From assembly GCA_965214705.1 (NCBI GenBank), contig CBDCCI010000002.1, positions 1,568,001 to 1,632,000 on the forward strand: 64,000 nucleotides of DNA. Reading direction: 5' to 3'. This document shows positions 9,230-21,454 of the stretch, piece by piece. The DNA is from Alphaproteobacteria bacterium (GTDB lineage: Bacteria > Pseudomonadota > Alphaproteobacteria > UBA828). The notes under the pieces were generated by a model. That model was given only the letters and a program-made list of their open reading frames with translations. It had not been told where the DNA came from and did not search any database. Every line of letters begins with the position of its first letter. Position 1 is the first letter of the stretch. The translations under genes and the position numbers were made by a program.

Positions 9230-12085
9230 CTATGCCTTGGGCGCGACGAAGGCGCGGGTGATCTCGACCGCTTCGGCGAGGCCGACGCGCTCCACCGCGA
9301 CGCCGGCCGGGAAGGCGCCCTTGAGCCGGCTCGGCAGCGCGGGGTCGAGCAGGACGAAGACACCGCGATCGTCCGCGCGGCGCACCAGCCTGCCGTAAGC
9401 CTGCCGGAGCCGCCCGCGCGTGAGCCGGTCGTCGTAGCGCCCGCCCCCAAAAACCCGCCGCCGCGCCTTGTGCAGGATGTCGGGGCGGGGCCACGGCACC
9501 CGGTCGAAGACGATGAGGCGGAGGCTCCGCCCCGGCACGTCGATGCCGTCCCGCATCGCGTCGGTGCCGAGCAGGCAGGCATCGGTCTCGCTGCGGAAGA
9601 TGTCGACCAGCGTGGTCGGGTCGAGCGGGTCCACGTGCTGGGCCCAGAGCGGGAGATTGGCCTCGTCCAGCGCACCGGCGATGCGTTCGTGCACCCCGCG
9701 CAGCCGTGCGATCGCGGTGAAGAGACCCAGAGCGCCACCGCCGGCGGCCGTGAAGAGCGCGCGGTAGGCCGCCGCCACCCGGTCGGGTGCGCCCCTTCTC
9801 ACGTCGGTCACCACCAGCACGCGGGTCTGCGCGCCGTAGTCGAAGGGGGAGGGCAGGGCGGCACGGATCGCCGGGGCCTTCAGGTGGCGCCCGCCCGTGG
9901 TCGCCTCGGCTGCGGCCCAGTCGTGCTCCGGATCGCCGCTGCCGTCCCGCAGGGTCGCCGAGGTGATGAGCGCGCCGTGGGAGCGGCCCGTGACGAAGGC
10001 GGCAAAGGGAATCGTCGGGTCCACGTGGTGGCGGTGCATGCCGACATCGACGTCGCGCCCGTCGATGCGGGAGATCGCGAACCAGTCGACGAAGCCTGTG
10101 GCATCCGGGGCGTCTTCCGCGTCCTGCGACAGCTCCTCGTCGGCGACGGGCGTGGCCGTCATGTCCGACAGCATGGCGCGCCACGAATCGAGCTGTTCGC
10201 CCACCCGGCGCTCGATGCCGCGCACCACGGCCTCGATGCGCTGGCGCTCGGCGGTCTCCAGGCTCTCGGCCTCGGCGTCGAGGTGCGCCGCAAGTGCCGC
10301 CGCGAGCCGGCCGAGGGGCCGGGCGATCCCGTCCAGTGCCGTCTCCAGCGCCGCCGCGGCGTCGGCGATACCAGGAATGAGCGGGTGCACCGGCGCTTCG
10401 ATGCTGTAGCCGCTCCGGGGCTCCGGCGCCCGCGCCATGACCTGGTCCCGCGCCAGCGCGAGGAAGCGCTCGCACGGCCCCTGCGCCGAGCCGGACGCGA
10501 GCCGCTGGTGCCACTCGTTGCCGGGCAGCGCGTGCGCCGCCTTCAATGCGTCGTCGAGGGCCTCGCGCGCCGCCTCGCGGTCCGCGATCAGGTCCTCGAT
10601 CCGGCTGCGCAAGCCCCGCGCGCGGCCGCCATCGCCGCGGCCCCGCGATTCCGGCCCCAGCAGCCAACGCCTGAGCTCCCGCGTCTCGCTGCCGGAGAGA
10701 TGGGCGGAGAAGGCGCTGTCCGCCGCGTCGAAGAGATGGTGCCCCTCGTCGAGCACATAGCGGGACGGCACGCTCCGCTCGTCGCCGGTGCCGAAGACCG
10801 CGCGCGCCGCCTGCACCATGAGCAGCGCGTGGTTGGCGATCACCATGTCCGCCCGCCGCGCCTTGCGCTGGCTCTTCTCGATGAAGCAGCGGCGATAGTG
10901 GGTGCAGGCGCTGTGGATGCATTCGCCGCGGCGATCCGCGAGGCCGAGGGTGCGGCCGTAGCCGAGCAGGTCGGCGAGCCAGGCCGGCAGGTCGCCGCCG
11001 GTGATGTCGCCGTCCCGCGTCGCCGCCGCCCAGCGGGCCATGAGGCCCAAAGCGATGCGGTCTCCGGTCATCAGCGCGCTGCGGCCGAGCGCCTCCTCCA
11101 TGTTGAGCAGGCAGAGATAGTTCTCGCGGCCCTTGCGCAGCACCACCTTCTCGGCCTTGACCCTGGGCTCCGGGTAGAGCCGGTCGAGCTCCTGGTCGAT
11201 CTGGCGCTGCAGGTTGCGGGTGAATGTGGAGAGCCAGACCGTGCCCTCGTTGCGCTCGGCCCAGAGGCTCGCCGGCGCGATGTAGCCGAGGGTCTTGCCG
11301 ACCCCGGTGCCGGCCTCGGCCAGCACAACGTGGGGCTCTTCCTCCGCCTCGATGGGATCGAACGCGGCGCACGCGGCCGACGCATAGTCCGCCTGCTCGG
11401 GCCTGGGCTCGGCGCCTTCGCCCAGCAGGTGCGCGAGTCGCTGCCGCGCGGCTGCGGTCGGCACCGGGTCGTGGCCGGGCGCCGGTGGCGGTGCACTCTC
11501 CTGCCACTCCTTGAGCCGGGTCCAGACCGCGAGCGCGCCGCCGTCGCCGGTGCGGCCCGCGCCCGCTGCGGAGCGTCCGCCCGCTGCCAGCGCCGCCACC
11601 GCCGCATCGCCCCAGAGCCAGCCGGCGCGGGCCATGGTGCGCGCAATGGCGGGCGCGTCCTTCTCGCCCGCGAGGCCCGGTGCCGAGAGTGCGGCGAGCA
11701 GGGTCTCGGCCGCCCTGAGCAGGGTCGATGCTTCGTCCTCGATGCTCGCGGGCAGCGGGAGCCCCAGCGCCCGTGCGAGTCCCCGCACCGTGGGCACGGC
11801 CTGCCGCGCCGGATGGACGAAGGCGAAGAGCTCCAGCACGTCGAGCGCCGCCAGCGTGTGCAGGCCGAGCCGGCGCGCGGTCGCCTTGGCGTGGCAGACG
11901 TAGGGCGGGCGGCCGTCGGCGGCCAGGCGCTCGGCTGCGTCCTTGTGGGTGAGCCGCGCGAGCGCGCCGTGCTCGTCCAGCCAGGCCGCGTGGCGCGGCG
12001 CCACCGCGAGCACGGGCGCGCGCGGCAGCAGCGGCGGCGCGGATGGCGCTGGGGAAGGCTCGGGTGACTCGAGGGGCGCCGGCAT
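9230..12085 (-). CDS. DinG/XPD-family ATP-dependent DNA helicase
   Basis: [18 protein letters not shown], Cys cluster [33 protein letters not shown]. Confidence 0.9.
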   Translation of the reverse strand: MPAPLESPEPSPAPSAPPLLPRAPVLAVAPRHAAWLDEHGALARLTHKDAAERLAADGRPPYVCHAKATARRLGLHTLAALDVLELFAFVHPARQAVPTVRGLARALGLPLPASIEDEASTLLRAAETLLAALSAPGLAGEKDAPAIARTMARAGWLWGDAAVAALAAGGRSAAGAGRTGDGGALAVWTRLKEWQESAPPPAPGHDPVPTAAARQRLAHLLGEGAEPRPEQADYASAACAAFDPIEAEEEPHVVLAEAGTGVGKTLGYIAPASLWAERNEGTVWLSTFTRNLQRQIDQELDRLYPEPRVKAEKVVLRKGRENYLCLLNMEEALGRSALMTGDRIALGLMARWAAATRDGDITGGDLPAWLADLLGYGRTLGLADRRGECIHSACTHYRRCFIEKSQRKARRADMVIANHALLMVQAARAVFGTGDERSVPSRYVLDEGHHLFDAADSAFSAHLSGSETRELRRWLLGPESRGRGDGGRARGLRSRIEDLIADREAAREALDDALKAAHALPGNEWHQRLASGSAQGPCERFLALARDQVMARAPEPRSGYSIEAPVHPLIPGIADAAAALETALDGIARPLGRLAAALAAHLDAEAESLETAERQRIEAVVRGIERRVGEQLDSWRAMLSDMTATPVADEELSQDAEDAPDATGFVDWFAISRIDGRDVDVGMHRHHVDPTIPFAAFVTGRSHGALITSATLRDGSGDPEHDWAAAEATTGGRHLKAPAIRAALPSPFDYGAQTRVLVVTDVRRGAPDRVAAAYRALFTAAGGGALGLFTAIARLRGVHERIAGALDEANLPLWAQHVDPLDPTTLVDIFRSETDACLLGTDAMRDGIDVPGRSLRLIVFDRVPWPRPDILHKARRRVFGGGRYDDRLTRGRLRQAYGRLVRRADDRGVFVLLDPALPSRLKGAFPAGVAVERVGLAEAVEITRAFVAPKA

Positions 12086-12156
12086 CGGGCGGCAGTATAG
12101 CGGTTGACGCGCGCCGGCGGCCCGGCGCATGTTCCGCCCGCTTCCGGACCGGGACG

Positions 12157-13752
12157 ATGAACGAGACCTCACACGACCTGCGGGCGCTGGCCCAGAACGC
12201 CAAGGCCTGGCCTTTCAAGGAGGCTGCGGCGCTCCTGAAGCGCATCGGCGGCACGACGCCGGCGAAGGGCTACGCGCTGTTCGAGACCGGCTACGGCCCC
12301 TCCGGCCTGCCCCATATCGGCACCTTCGCCGAGGTCGCACGCACGACCATGGTGCGCCACGCCTTCGCGACGCTTTGCGACATCCCGACGCGCCTCGTCG
12401 CCTTCTCGGACGACATGGATGCGCTGCGCAAGGTGCCGGACAACATCCCCGAGCGGGCGATGGTCGAGCAGCATCTAGGCAAGCCGCTGACGCAGATCCC
12501 GGACCCCTTCGGCACCCACGAGAGCTTCGGGGCGCACAACAACGCGCGTCTGCGCGCCTTCCTCGACGACTTCGGCTTCGACTACTCCTTCAAGAGCTCG
12601 AGCGAGGCCTATCGCTCGGGCGAGTTCGACGGCGCGCTCATGGACGTGCTGCGTCACTACGACGAGATCATGCGGATCATCCTGCCGACGCTGGGGGCGG
12701 AGCGGCAGGCGACCTACAGCCCCTTCCTGCCGCTTTGCCCGAAGACCGGCCGCGTGCTGCAGGTGACCATCACCGCGCGCGACGAGGACGCGGGCACCGT
12801 GAGCTACGTCGACGAGGACGGCGAGACCATGACGGTCCCGGTCACCGGCGGCCGGTGCAAGCTGCAGTGGAAGGCGGACTGGGCCATGCGCTGGCATGCG
12901 CTCGGCGTTGACTACGAAATGGCGGGCAAAGACCTGATCAGCTCCGTCGAGCTCTCGGGCAAGATCTGCCGCGCGCTGGGCTCAAAGCCGCCCGCCGGCT
13001 TCATCTATGAGCTCTTCCTCGACGAGAGCGGCGAGAAGATATCGAAGTCGCGCGGCAACGGCCTCGCCATCGAGGAGTGGCTCACCTACGGGCCGCGCGA
13101 TTCGCTCTCGCTCTACATGTACAACGCGCCGAGGCGGGCCAAGCGGCTCTACTTCGACGTGATCCCACGCCACGTCGACGATTACCTGACCCACCTCGCG
13201 AAGTACCCGGAGCAGGAGGAGGCCGAGCGGCTCGAGAGCCCGGCCTGGCATATTCACGCGGGCCACCCGCCCGCGCCCGAGAGCGGATTGAGCTACGGCA
13301 TCCTTCTCAACCTCGCGAGCGTCTGCAATACCGAGGACCCCGCCGTGCTCTGGGGCTTCATCACCCGCTACGTGCCCGGCGCCTCGTCGGAGACCGAGCC
13401 CATCCTCGACGCGCTGGTAGGCCACGCCATCGCCTATTACCGCGACAGGGTGAAGCCGACGAAGGCGTATCGGGCGCCGCTGCCGGAGGAGCGGGCGGCG
13501 CTCGACGACCTGCGTACCGTGCTCGCCGCAATGCCGGCGGATGCGAGCGCCGAGGATATCCAGACCGAGGTCTACGAGGTGGGCAAGCGCCACCCGTTCG
13601 AGTCATTGCGCGAGTGGTTCCGCGCGCTCTATGAGATTCTCCTGGGCCAGAGCCAGGGCCCGCGCATGGGCTCGTTCATTGCGCTCTACGGGCTCTCGGA
13701 GACGGTCGCGCTGATTGACCGGGCGCTGGCTGGCGAGGACCTGGCGGCCTGA
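12157..13752 (+). CDS. lysS: Lysine--tRNA ligase, class I
   Basis: [14 protein letters not shown] (HIGH), KISKS (KMSKS), QGPRMGSF. Confidence 0.96.
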   Translation: MNETSHDLRALAQNAKAWPFKEAAALLKRIGGTTPAKGYALFETGYGPSGLPHIGTFAEVARTTMVRHAFATLCDIPTRLVAFSDDMDALRKVPDNIPERAMVEQHLGKPLTQIPDPFGTHESFGAHNNARLRAFLDDFGFDYSFKSSSEAYRSGEFDGALMDVLRHYDEIMRIILPTLGAERQATYSPFLPLCPKTGRVLQVTITARDEDAGTVSYVDEDGETMTVPVTGGRCKLQWKADWAMRWHALGVDYEMAGKDLISSVELSGKICRALGSKPPAGFIYELFLDESGEKISKSRGNGLAIEEWLTYGPRDSLSLYMYNAPRRAKRLYFDVIPRHVDDYLTHLAKYPEQEEAERLESPAWHIHAGHPPAPESGLSYGILLNLASVCNTEDPAVLWGFITRYVPGASSETEPILDALVGHAIAYYRDRVKPTKAYRAPLPEERAALDDLRTVLAAMPADASAEDIQTEVYEVGKRHPFESLREWFRALYEILLGQSQGPRMGSFIALYGLSETVALIDRALAGEDLAA

Positions 13753-14009
13753 GCAGTACAGCGGCATCCCAAGCGTCCCTTCGACCTCGGCCTCCCTGTT
13801 GGGGCTAGGTGAGAATAGAGCCACTCCAACTCTTCTTCTTTCAAACATCTAACCTGATTTTGGCTGCTGATTGCGGCAAATGAACCGGCATGATTTGTAA
13901 AATATAATCTGGATATCGATGCGGAATGGTGCTATATTAATTGGCGGAGACTGATACCACGACACTCGTTGTATTACGTTAATGTAGGTCTATTGCAAGA
14001 TCATGGTAA

Positions 14010-15284
14010 ATGCCCGGTATATCTAAATTCACTCGCCCAGCGTTCAGAAAACGCATTGCCATACTGGCACCCAGTCTAGCTGGGCAAGGGGCCGAGAGGA
14101 AGGCACTGTATATTGGAGCCGGACTGCTTGAGCGAGGCCACGAAGTCGATCTTCTCCTCTATCGACTCGTCTGCCACTATCCTGAAGAAGTACCGGATGG
14201 GGTACGTATCTTCTATGCTTCAGGCCGAAACGACAGTAGAACGCGTTTGAATTTGGATCGAATCACTGCGATCCATCGGCCTTTCGTGTCCGATCCTCTT
14301 CCTTGGCACATTCGCCTTCCACGTCTGGGAACGGCGAACCGTCTGTCGCGCAAGCAATTGCCGCTGCTCACGAGTACGAGACTACCTCGATGGGCCGTTT
14401 GCATCGCCGCATACATGGATCGAGAGAACCCGGACGCGCTTCTGGCCATGCACGTTCTCGCGACAACAGCAACAGCAATGGCAAGGCATCTCACTTCCCA
14501 CAGGGCGAAAACGGTAGCCTCGCTGCACGGACCGTTAACACGCCGACTTCTGCATCGAGCGCGCCGCTCGTATCCCTACGCGGATGAGGTTGTTGGAGTC
14601 TCTCATGGTATAACGGGCGAGTTTTCCAAAATCCCAGGCTTGTCAGATGATCGGGTTCACACTATTTACAATCCCATTGACATCGACTATATAAAACGCA
14701 AATCGAGAGAACGGATTAGCCATCGTTGGCTTGTTAGTTCTGACTGTCCAGTCATAGTGGCCATCGGTAAGTTGATTAAGAGGAAGGGTTTTGCCACTCT
14801 TCTTCGCGCCTTCGCGCGTCTCGTGTCCAAGCGGAAGGCCCGATTGATCGTTCTCGGAGAAGGTCGCTTTCGATCAAACCTGCTTTCGTTAGCAAATGGG
14901 CTAGACGTCGCTGAGTGTGTCGATTTTCCGGGTTTCGCAGAAAATCCTTTCGCCTTTCTCGCAACAGCCGATTTATTCGTTCTCTCATCCCGAAACGAGG
15001 GGCTTCCTACCGTTCTCATCGAAGCGATGGTTTGCGGATGCCCGGTCGTCAGCACGGACTGTGACTTTGGGCCCAGGGAAATTCTGGAAGACGGCCGCCA
15101 TGGGCCTCTGGTACCCGTGGGAGAGCCGGAGGCACTTGCAGGCGCCATGCTCTCCGTTCTGGACAACCCGCCGCGGCGCGAGGCGCTGCAGACTCGAGCA
15201 GAATTCTTCAACGCCGCTCGGGCAGTAGACCGCTACGAAGAGCTGCTGTTGGGTGAGGAACGCTCGGTAGAACAGCGAGCGTGA
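14010..15284 (+). CDS. GT4 family glycosyltransferase
   Basis: GQGAERK, YNPID, LSSRNEGLPTVLIEAM (EX7E); lower GC than the flanks. Confidence 0.9.
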   Translation: MPGISKFTRPAFRKRIAILAPSLAGQGAERKALYIGAGLLERGHEVDLLLYRLVCHYPEEVPDGVRIFYASGRNDSRTRLNLDRITAIHRPFVSDPLPWHIRLPRLGTANRLSRKQLPLLTSTRLPRWAVCIAAYMDRENPDALLAMHVLATTATAMARHLTSHRAKTVASLHGPLTRRLLHRARRSYPYADEVVGVSHGITGEFSKIPGLSDDRVHTIYNPIDIDYIKRKSRERISHRWLVSSDCPVIVAIGKLIKRKGFATLLRAFARLVSKRKARLIVLGEGRFRSNLLSLANGLDVAECVDFPGFAENPFAFLATADLFVLSSRNEGLPTVLIEAMVCGCPVVSTDCDFGPREILEDGRHGPLVPVGEPEALAGAMLSVLDNPPRREALQTRAEFFNAARAVDRYEELLLGEERSVEQRA

Positions 15285-15366
15285 ACCTCGCGAGATCGGC
15301 GGCCTCCTCGTCCGTCATTGGGTCGATCCGTTCGAGCGTTCTAAATTTAGCTCGTAAGTAAAGTGT

Positions 15367-16419
15367 ATGGTCCGGATCTCCGATATTTGTGTTGTCGCGC
15401 CGCACTTCAAGCGCCGATACTCGGGCGTGACCAGCACGATCATTCAGTTAATTCCCAAACAAGCAGAAAAAGTCGGAATTGCCACGCTGGGGCCGGGCTT
15501 GCCCAACGGTCTTCCCAAGATCGCTTGGTGGCAGATGCCCTTGCTCCTCAAGCGACCGCGCCAGCGCCCCCTCCGCATTTGGCACGCCCGGCGAAATAAC
15601 GAGATGCTGATTGGGTTGTTCCTGAAAACCGCCTTTCGAGCACCGTTGACGCTCGTTTTCACCTCTGCCGCGCAGCGTTCGCGCAGTTGGTTCAGCCGGT
15701 TCCTGATATCGCGAATGGACACTGTTATTGCAACCAGCGGTTCATCTGGACAAACCTTGGCAGTGCCCCACACCGTTGTCATGCATGGAGTGGATTGTGC
15801 GCGATTTCGCCCGCCCGTGTGCCTGGACGATCATTGGAAACGAAGCGGATTGCCAGGTCGGTACGCAATCGGGTGTTTTGGCCGTATGCGATATCTGAAA
15901 GGAACCGATCTCTTCGTCGACGCGATGGTTCACCTGTTGCCAGATTATCCGGACTGGACTGCTGTGCTGGCGGGGAGAGTAACCCGTCGGAACCGTGAGT
16001 TCTATGAAACATTACTACGTCGCATCGCGCGTGCAGACTTGGAGAGGCGGATCGTATTTCTGGGAGAAGTATCTGATGCAGATCTTTGGTTTCGGCGGTT
16101 GACGTTACATGTTTCACCTTCGCGATATGAGGGCTTCGGACTGACCCCGCTCGAGGCCATGGCTTCTCAAACCGCGGTCGTGGCGAGCGACGCCGGATCG
16201 TATCCGGAAATGATCGTGGAGGGTGTAACAGGGACTGTCGTACCAGCCGGGGACGGCGACGCACTCGTCGAGGCAATCAGACGCTATATGGCAGATCCTG
16301 AACTTGCGGCCGTACATGGACGCGACGGTCGCGAACATGTGTGTGAGAACTTCCCTGTCGAGAAGGAAATGAGCGGCATTAACGCCGTTTACGATCGGAT
16401 TTGGCGAGACAGCAAATGA
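15367..16419 (+). CDS. GT4 glycosyltransferase, LpcC/LpsB-like (LPS core)
   Basis: APHFKRRYSGVTSTI, WHARRNNEM, FTSAAQR, EGFGLTPLEAMAS. Confidence 0.85.
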   Translation: MVRISDICVVAPHFKRRYSGVTSTIIQLIPKQAEKVGIATLGPGLPNGLPKIAWWQMPLLLKRPRQRPLRIWHARRNNEMLIGLFLKTAFRAPLTLVFTSAAQRSRSWFSRFLISRMDTVIATSGSSGQTLAVPHTVVMHGVDCARFRPPVCLDDHWKRSGLPGRYAIGCFGRMRYLKGTDLFVDAMVHLLPDYPDWTAVLAGRVTRRNREFYETLLRRIARADLERRIVFLGEVSDADLWFRRLTLHVSPSRYEGFGLTPLEAMASQTAVVASDAGSYPEMIVEGVTGTVVPAGDGDALVEAIRRYMADPELAAVHGRDGREHVCENFPVEKEMSGINAVYDRIWRDSK

Positions 16420-16441
16420 GCTTCGTGAAGTGCCCCCGCCG

Positions 16442-18120
16442 GGGTGTGATTCTCGTATGGCGATATGCCAGTCGTGATGGCGCTAAAGGATATGGGCTGG
16501 TTCATTTTGGTCAAGCAGCGAGTGCCAGGACTTCGGTTGGGCTGATGTTGTCGTTAGCTGGTCCGGATCGGGCGTCCATGAGCGCATCCCATGCCCGGTC
16601 GAAGAGGCCGGATTTGATCAGGGCGCGGAAGGTCAGAACCGCCTGCCCGCCGTCGATCCGCCAGCGCATGCCCGAGCGTTTCAAGCGCTGCGCGACGAGG
16701 GTCTTGCAGGCCGCCTCGACCACACCCGAGCCGATGGCGATGCCCTCTTCCTTCAGGGCGTGGTAGCGCATCCGATGGCGGTGCTTTCGGAAGAAGGCCA
16801 GCTCGCGCTCGATCTCGGCCGGGTCCCCCTTTGCCCTGTCCAGGAGGTAGCGCAGTGCCCGGATCACCTTGTCGACGCCGCGGGGGTCGTGGCGCAGGAT
16901 TTCGCGGTGCTTCTCGAACCAGTGGCGCGCCACCGCATGGTCAGAGGCCACGCGGAGATGCTCGCAAGCGTGCCAGAAGTCGATGACCTCGGTCTCGGGC
17001 GAGAGGCTTTCGAGGAAGGTCCAGTTGTCGGCGGCCCCGTCGGCGACGGCGCCGATCCTGATCTTCGGGCTCACACGGCGGATATGGGCGACCTCGCTTG
17101 CAAGTTGCGCTTTCAGCGCGGCCTTGCCGCTCTCGGGCATACGGCCGAGATAGAGGGTCTTCAGCCGTTGGCCCTCGGCGTCGTGGAAGGAGACCGTGCC
17201 GCAAGAGGCCTCGCGCCAGCACGCCTCGGCACGGCCGTCCTCGCCGGCCCGCAGCGCCACCATGACGCCGTCAAGGGAGACGGACGCGGTGACCGCATCG
17301 GGCGGTATGCCCTGGGTTTCACGGATGCTGGCCAGCGTCTCCGGGGCGACGCTCTCCCAGTGCTCATGCATGCTCAGGGCCAGGCGCTGCAGCGTGCTCA
17401 CCGACGGCGTCATTCCGCCCATTTTCGCGAAGAACTCCTCCGCTTCACGCGGCGTACAGTGGCCCATCATCATCAGCCCGAGCTGCGCCGCCGGCCGCGT
17501 CAGGTAGTCGTCGATGAGGCCCAGGCTCTCGTCCACCGGCACCAGCGACGTGCTGCTCGCGCCGCTGCGATAGCGCGCACGCCGATAGGTCACGGGACCG
17601 AGCGTCGTCATGATCGTCTTCGGCGTCGCCGCCACCCGGACCCAGCTCTGTCCGTCGCGCTCGATCCGGCTCGCACCGTCGTCGCGGCTCTCGGCGAAGG
17701 CCCCAAGGAGCTTGCAACCCAAGCCGTTCATGGCGTCCCGCAGCCCCGTCTCAACCGTTTCGAACGTCTCGGCAGACGGGTCAGACCCAGCCTGTTCGCG
17801 ACAGAACTCCACCACCTGGGCGACCGCTTCGGCGACTTCGGCAGGCAGGCCCAAAAGGTCGATGGACGAGGCGATGAGAGACTGCGACACTGGCATGGGA
17901 ACGCTCCTGATGTTGGGTCTGATGTTGGGTTGTCGGCGCGGCATCCTACCGCATCTCGCGGTGCGGAGCGTTCCCACCCACCACTGCTGGATGCCGCCGT
18001 TGTGACAAAATCCGGCCCTGCACCGGCCGATTGTCACGAAAACCCGATTCTGGCTGCCTACGGCCACCCGCCAATCGCGCTAAATCAATGACTTACGATC
18101 GCCATGCCAGACCTACACCC
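16442..18120 (-). mobile_element. ISKra4/ISLre2-type (Mutator-like) IS, copy 1, 1679 bp
   Basis: Imperfect IRs GGGTGTGATTCTCGTATGGCGAT / ATCGCCATGCCAGACCTACACCC; TSD CCCGCCG (7-8 bp, ambiguous in the homopolymer); matches 42867-44545. Confidence 0.92.
16511..17896 (-). CDS. DDE transposase (UPF0236 / ISKra4-ISLre2 type)
   Basis: SLDGVMV, ADGA, DFWHACEHL, IGSGVVEAACK, RLKRSGMRW; RBS AGGAG before MPVSQ. Confidence 0.88.
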   Translation of the reverse strand: MPVSQSLIASSIDLLGLPAEVAEAVAQVVEFCREQAGSDPSAETFETVETGLRDAMNGLGCKLLGAFAESRDDGASRIERDGQSWVRVAATPKTIMTTLGPVTYRRARYRSGASSTSLVPVDESLGLIDDYLTRPAAQLGLMMMGHCTPREAEEFFAKMGGMTPSVSTLQRLALSMHEHWESVAPETLASIRETQGIPPDAVTASVSLDGVMVALRAGEDGRAEACWREASCGTVSFHDAEGQRLKTLYLGRMPESGKAALKAQLASEVAHIRRVSPKIRIGAVADGAADNWTFLESLSPETEVIDFWHACEHLRVASDHAVARHWFEKHREILRHDPRGVDKVIRALRYLLDRAKGDPAEIERELAFFRKHRHRMRYHALKEEGIAIGSGVVEAACKTLVAQRLKRSGMRWRIDGGQAVLTFRALIKSGLFDRAWDALMDARSGPANDNISPTEVLALAA

Positions 18121-18296
18121 CCCGCCGGCCATGGCTGACCGTTTCCCGCATTTCTCGGAATTCCGCTCATGGCAATCGTCTGGCGAGGGAGTCGAGAGCC
18201 CGGCCTGGCACGGCTTTCTGCCACGAAGGATCGACGGCGTGTGCCGAACCTTGATCATCAATTTCGTCACGAAGGAATGGCGTAACCGTCACGAGT

Positions 18297-19367
18297 GTGC
18301 CTGTCCCAACAAACCCGTCGGTTAGAACCGTCTGGGCTGTGACCACCGGTGAAGCCGGCAAGGTGTCTCAGGCGGAGGGGTTGGCCGAGGCGCTCGGCTG
18401 GCCGTTCGAGAGCATCGTCGTCCGGCTGCGCCGGCCCTGGTCGTGGCCGCCCGCGCATTGGCAGTCGCCGGGTCTCTTGCGCTATGGGGTGGAGGAAAAC
18501 CTCCCGCGGCCCTGGCCTAACCTGCTGATCAGCTGCGGCAGGCGCAGCGCCGCGGTCTCGGCTGCGGTGCGGCGCGCCACCGGCGGCCGAACCTTCGCCG
18601 TGCACATCCAGAACCCGCGAACGCCTCTCCCTTGTTTCGACCTGATTGTGCCGCTGGCGCATGACGGGATCGCCGGGCCCAACGTGGTGGCGACGCAGGC
18701 CGCCCTGAACCGTATAACGCCCGAGAAGCTCGCGGCCGCGGCCGAGGAATGGCAGGAACGGCTCGGCAACCTGACTGTCGCCGTGCTGCTCGGCGGCCGC
18801 TCGCGGTCATATCGCTTTACGCGGGAGACAATCGACAAGCTGGCGCGCGGCCTCGCGAGCCTCGACGGGGAAATCGCGATCACGCCGTCGCGGCGGACGA
18901 GCCCCGGCGTGGTCGATGCGCTCAAGGCCCGTGTGCCGAAGGCTTGGTTCTGGGACGGCACCGGTCCCAACCCCTATCTCGGCATGCTGGCGTTGGCGCG
19001 GCACGTCGTGGTCACCGAGGACTCGGTCTCCATGATCAGCGAGGCCATCTCCACCGGAAAGCCGGTCTACGTTGCCAAGATGGCGGGCGGTAGCCGCCGG
19101 CTCGCGCAGTTCCACGCCTCGCTCGCGGAAGGCGGTGTCGTGCGGCCCTTTGACGGCCGGCTCGCTCAATGGCGCTACGAGCCGGTCAACGAGACTCCGC
19201 GCATCGCTGCCGAAGTGCGCCGACGGATGGGAGCCGCTTCAGCCGCCGCGCCATCCCCCTGGACCTGTCACCAGGGTATGCCTCTCTCGCAGGGGTTGGG
19301 AAGGTCTGCTACTGTCCCCGCCAACTCTTGTGTACGGCGATTTCCGGGAGAGGAGACCAGTCAATGA
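18297..19367 (+). CDS. ELM1/GtrOC1-like nucleoside-diphosphate-sugar binding protein
   Basis: SQAEGLAEAL, WPNLLISCGRR, TPSRRT, NPYLGML, VTEDSVSMISEA; start uncertain. Confidence 0.82.
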   Translation: MPVPTNPSVRTVWAVTTGEAGKVSQAEGLAEALGWPFESIVVRLRRPWSWPPAHWQSPGLLRYGVEENLPRPWPNLLISCGRRSAAVSAAVRRATGGRTFAVHIQNPRTPLPCFDLIVPLAHDGIAGPNVVATQAALNRITPEKLAAAAEEWQERLGNLTVAVLLGGRSRSYRFTRETIDKLARGLASLDGEIAITPSRRTSPGVVDALKARVPKAWFWDGTGPNPYLGMLALARHVVVTEDSVSMISEAISTGKPVYVAKMAGGSRRLAQFHASLAEGGVVRPFDGRLAQWRYEPVNETPRIAAEVRRRMGAASAAAPSPWTCHQGMPLSQGLGRSATVPANSCVRRFPGEETSQ

Positions 19368-20674
19368 CGACCGAGAGCCGCAGGGCAAAGGGTGCCGGCC
19401 GCACCCGTCGCGAGATCCTGAAAGCAGGCGCCGCCGGTGCCCTGGGGACGGCCGCGCTCAGCGCAGGCTTCCCCTCAATCGTCCGCGCTGCGGATACGGT
19501 GCGGATCGGTTACGTCAGCCCCAAGACCGGGCCGCTCGCGCCCTTCGCCGTTTCCGACGAGTTCAACGTCGCCACGGTGCTGGAGGCCATCGGCGGCAAG
19601 GTTCAATCCGGTGGCAAGAGCCTCGATGTCGAGATCATCGTTAAGGACAGCCAGTCGAACCCGAACCGCGCGGCCGAGGTGGCGAGCGAGCTGATCCTCT
19701 CCGACGAGGTGCATTTGCTCTGCGCCGGCAACACGCCGGAGACGACCAACCCGGTTGCGGACCAGGCCGAGATCAACGAGGTCCCCTGCGTCACCACGCT
19801 TTGCCCGTGGCAGCCATACTTCTTCGGCCGCGGCGGCAATCCGGCGGAGGGCTTCCAGTGGACCTACCACTATTTCTGGGGGCTGGAGGACGTGATCGCG
19901 GTCTTCCTCAACCTCTGGGCCAAGATCGAGACCAACAAGGTTGTCGGCGGGCTGTTCCCCAACGACGGCGACGGCAATGCCTGGGGCCATCCCGAGCTGG
20001 GCTTCCCCAAGCCCCTCGCGGCCGCCGGCTATACCCTGATCGATCCGGGCCGCTATCAGAACCTCTCCGACGACTTCTCGGCTCACATTTCCGAGTTCAA
20101 GGAAAACGGCGTCGAGATCGTCACCGGCGTCGTGCTGCCGCCGGACTTCACCACCTTCTGGACCCAGGCCGCGCAGCAAGGCTTCCGGCCCAAGGCGGCG
20201 ACCGTGGGCAAGGCGCTGCTTTTCCCCGAGGCGATCGGGGCACTCGGCGACGCCGGGCACAACCTGAGCTCCGAGATCTGGTGGAGCCCCTCGCACCCCT
20301 TCACCTCGAGCATCACCGGCCAGAGCTGCGGCGAGCTCGCCGCTGCCTTCACCGCCGCCACCGGCAAGCAGTGGAGCCAGCCAGTGGGCTACGGCCACTC
20401 GATCTTCGAGGTGGCGCTGGACGTCGTGAGCCGGGCCGAGGACGTCAACGATCCTGAGTCCATGCTGGCGTCCATCGTCGCCACCAACGTCTCGACGATC
20501 GCAGGGCCGGTCTCGTGGGGCTCGGGCCCGGTGAAAAACGTCGCCAAGATGCCGCTGGTGGGCGGCCAGTGGCGGCGCACGCCGGACGGCCCCTTCGACC
20601 ATGATCTCACCATCACGTCGAACGAGACGGCGCCCGACGTTCCCACCAACGCCGAGATGGAGATCATCGGCTAA
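19364..20674 (+). CDS. Branched-chain amino acid type ABC substrate-binding protein, Tat exported
   Basis: TRREILK twin-arginine signal; [14 protein letters not shown]; [14 protein letters not shown]. Confidence 0.9.
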   Translation: MTTESRRAKGAGRTRREILKAGAAGALGTAALSAGFPSIVRAADTVRIGYVSPKTGPLAPFAVSDEFNVATVLEAIGGKVQSGGKSLDVEIIVKDSQSNPNRAAEVASELILSDEVHLLCAGNTPETTNPVADQAEINEVPCVTTLCPWQPYFFGRGGNPAEGFQWTYHYFWGLEDVIAVFLNLWAKIETNKVVGGLFPNDGDGNAWGHPELGFPKPLAAAGYTLIDPGRYQNLSDDFSAHISEFKENGVEIVTGVVLPPDFTTFWTQAAQQGFRPKAATVGKALLFPEAIGALGDAGHNLSSEIWWSPSHPFTSSITGQSCGELAAAFTAATGKQWSQPVGYGHSIFEVALDVVSRAEDVNDPESMLASIVATNVSTIAGPVSWGSGPVKNVAKMPLVGGQWRRTPDGPFDHDLTITSNETAPDVPTNAEMEIIG

Positions 20675-20683
20675 GAAGCGAGA

Positions 20684-20717
20684 CCTGCGGAGGGCGCCCC
20701 CGGCGCCGCTCCGCAGG
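20684..20717 (+). terminator. GC-rich intra-operon stem-loop after the binding-protein gene
   Basis: CCTGCGGAG-GGCGCC...GGCGCC-g-CTCCGCAGG; no U tract, so more likely an mRNA stabiliser than a terminator. Confidence 0.4.
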
Positions 20718-20728
20718 CGCGTGCCGGC

Positions 20729-21454
20729 ATGACGGCGCTGATCGCGCTGGAGGGCGTCTCCAAGAGCTTCGGCTCGGTCAGGGCGACCGACCAGTTCAGC
20801 ATGGAGCTCGTGGACGGCGAGGCGCTCGGCGTCATCGGCCCTAACGGCGCCGGCAAGAGCACCATGTTCAACATCATCACCGGCGCGGTGCGGCCGAACG
20901 CGGGGCGCGTGCTCTTCGCCGGCCGCGACATCACGCGGGCGCCCGCTCACGAGCGCTGCCGCATGGGGATCGGGCGCTCCTACCAGATCCCCCATCCCTT
21001 CGCGAACATGACCGTGTTCGAGAACCTGCTGGTGGGCGCGGCCTTCGGCGGCAGCCGCTCCGAGGCGGCCTGCTACGAGGAGTGCTGCGAAATCCTGGAG
21101 CGCACCGGCCTGCTGGAGAAGGCGAATGCGCTGGCCGGCGCGCTCACCCTGCTGGAGCGCAAGCGGCTGGAGATGGCGCGCGCGCTCGCGACCCGGCCTC
21201 GCGTGTTGCTTCTGGACGAGATCGCAGGCGGGTTGACCGAGCACGAATGCGTTGCGCTGGTCGAGACCATCAAGGCGATCCACCGCACCGGGGTCTCCAT
21301 CGTCTGGATCGAGCACGTGGTCCACGCGCTGCTCTCGGTGGTGAGCCGCCTGATCGTCATCAACTTCGGCCAGAAGCTCGCCGAGGGCGACCCGCACCAG
21401 GTGATGGCGAGCGCCGAGGTGCAGGAGGTCTACATGGGGATCAGCGCCGAATGA
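20729..21454 (+). CDS. ABC ATP-binding protein (LivG-like)
   Basis: [16 protein letters not shown]. Confidence 0.92.
   Translation: MTALIALEGVSKSFGSVRATDQFSMELVDGEALGVIGPNGAGKSTMFNIITGAVRPNAGRVLFAGRDITRAPAHERCRMGIGRSYQIPHPFANMTVFENLLVGAAFGGSRSEAACYEECCEILERTGLLEKANALAGALTLLERKRLEMARALATRPRVLLLDEIAGGLTEHECVALVETIKAIHRTGVSIVWIEHVVHALLSVVSRLIVINFGQKLAEGDPHQVMASAEVQEVYMGISAE

Noticed and set aside
9155-12254. Very long overlapping ORFs (970 and 1022 aa) and similar shadow ORFs elsewhere
   Set aside because: Antisense or off-frame to clear genes, Arg/Ala/Gly-rich and without motifs; expected in high-GC DNA.
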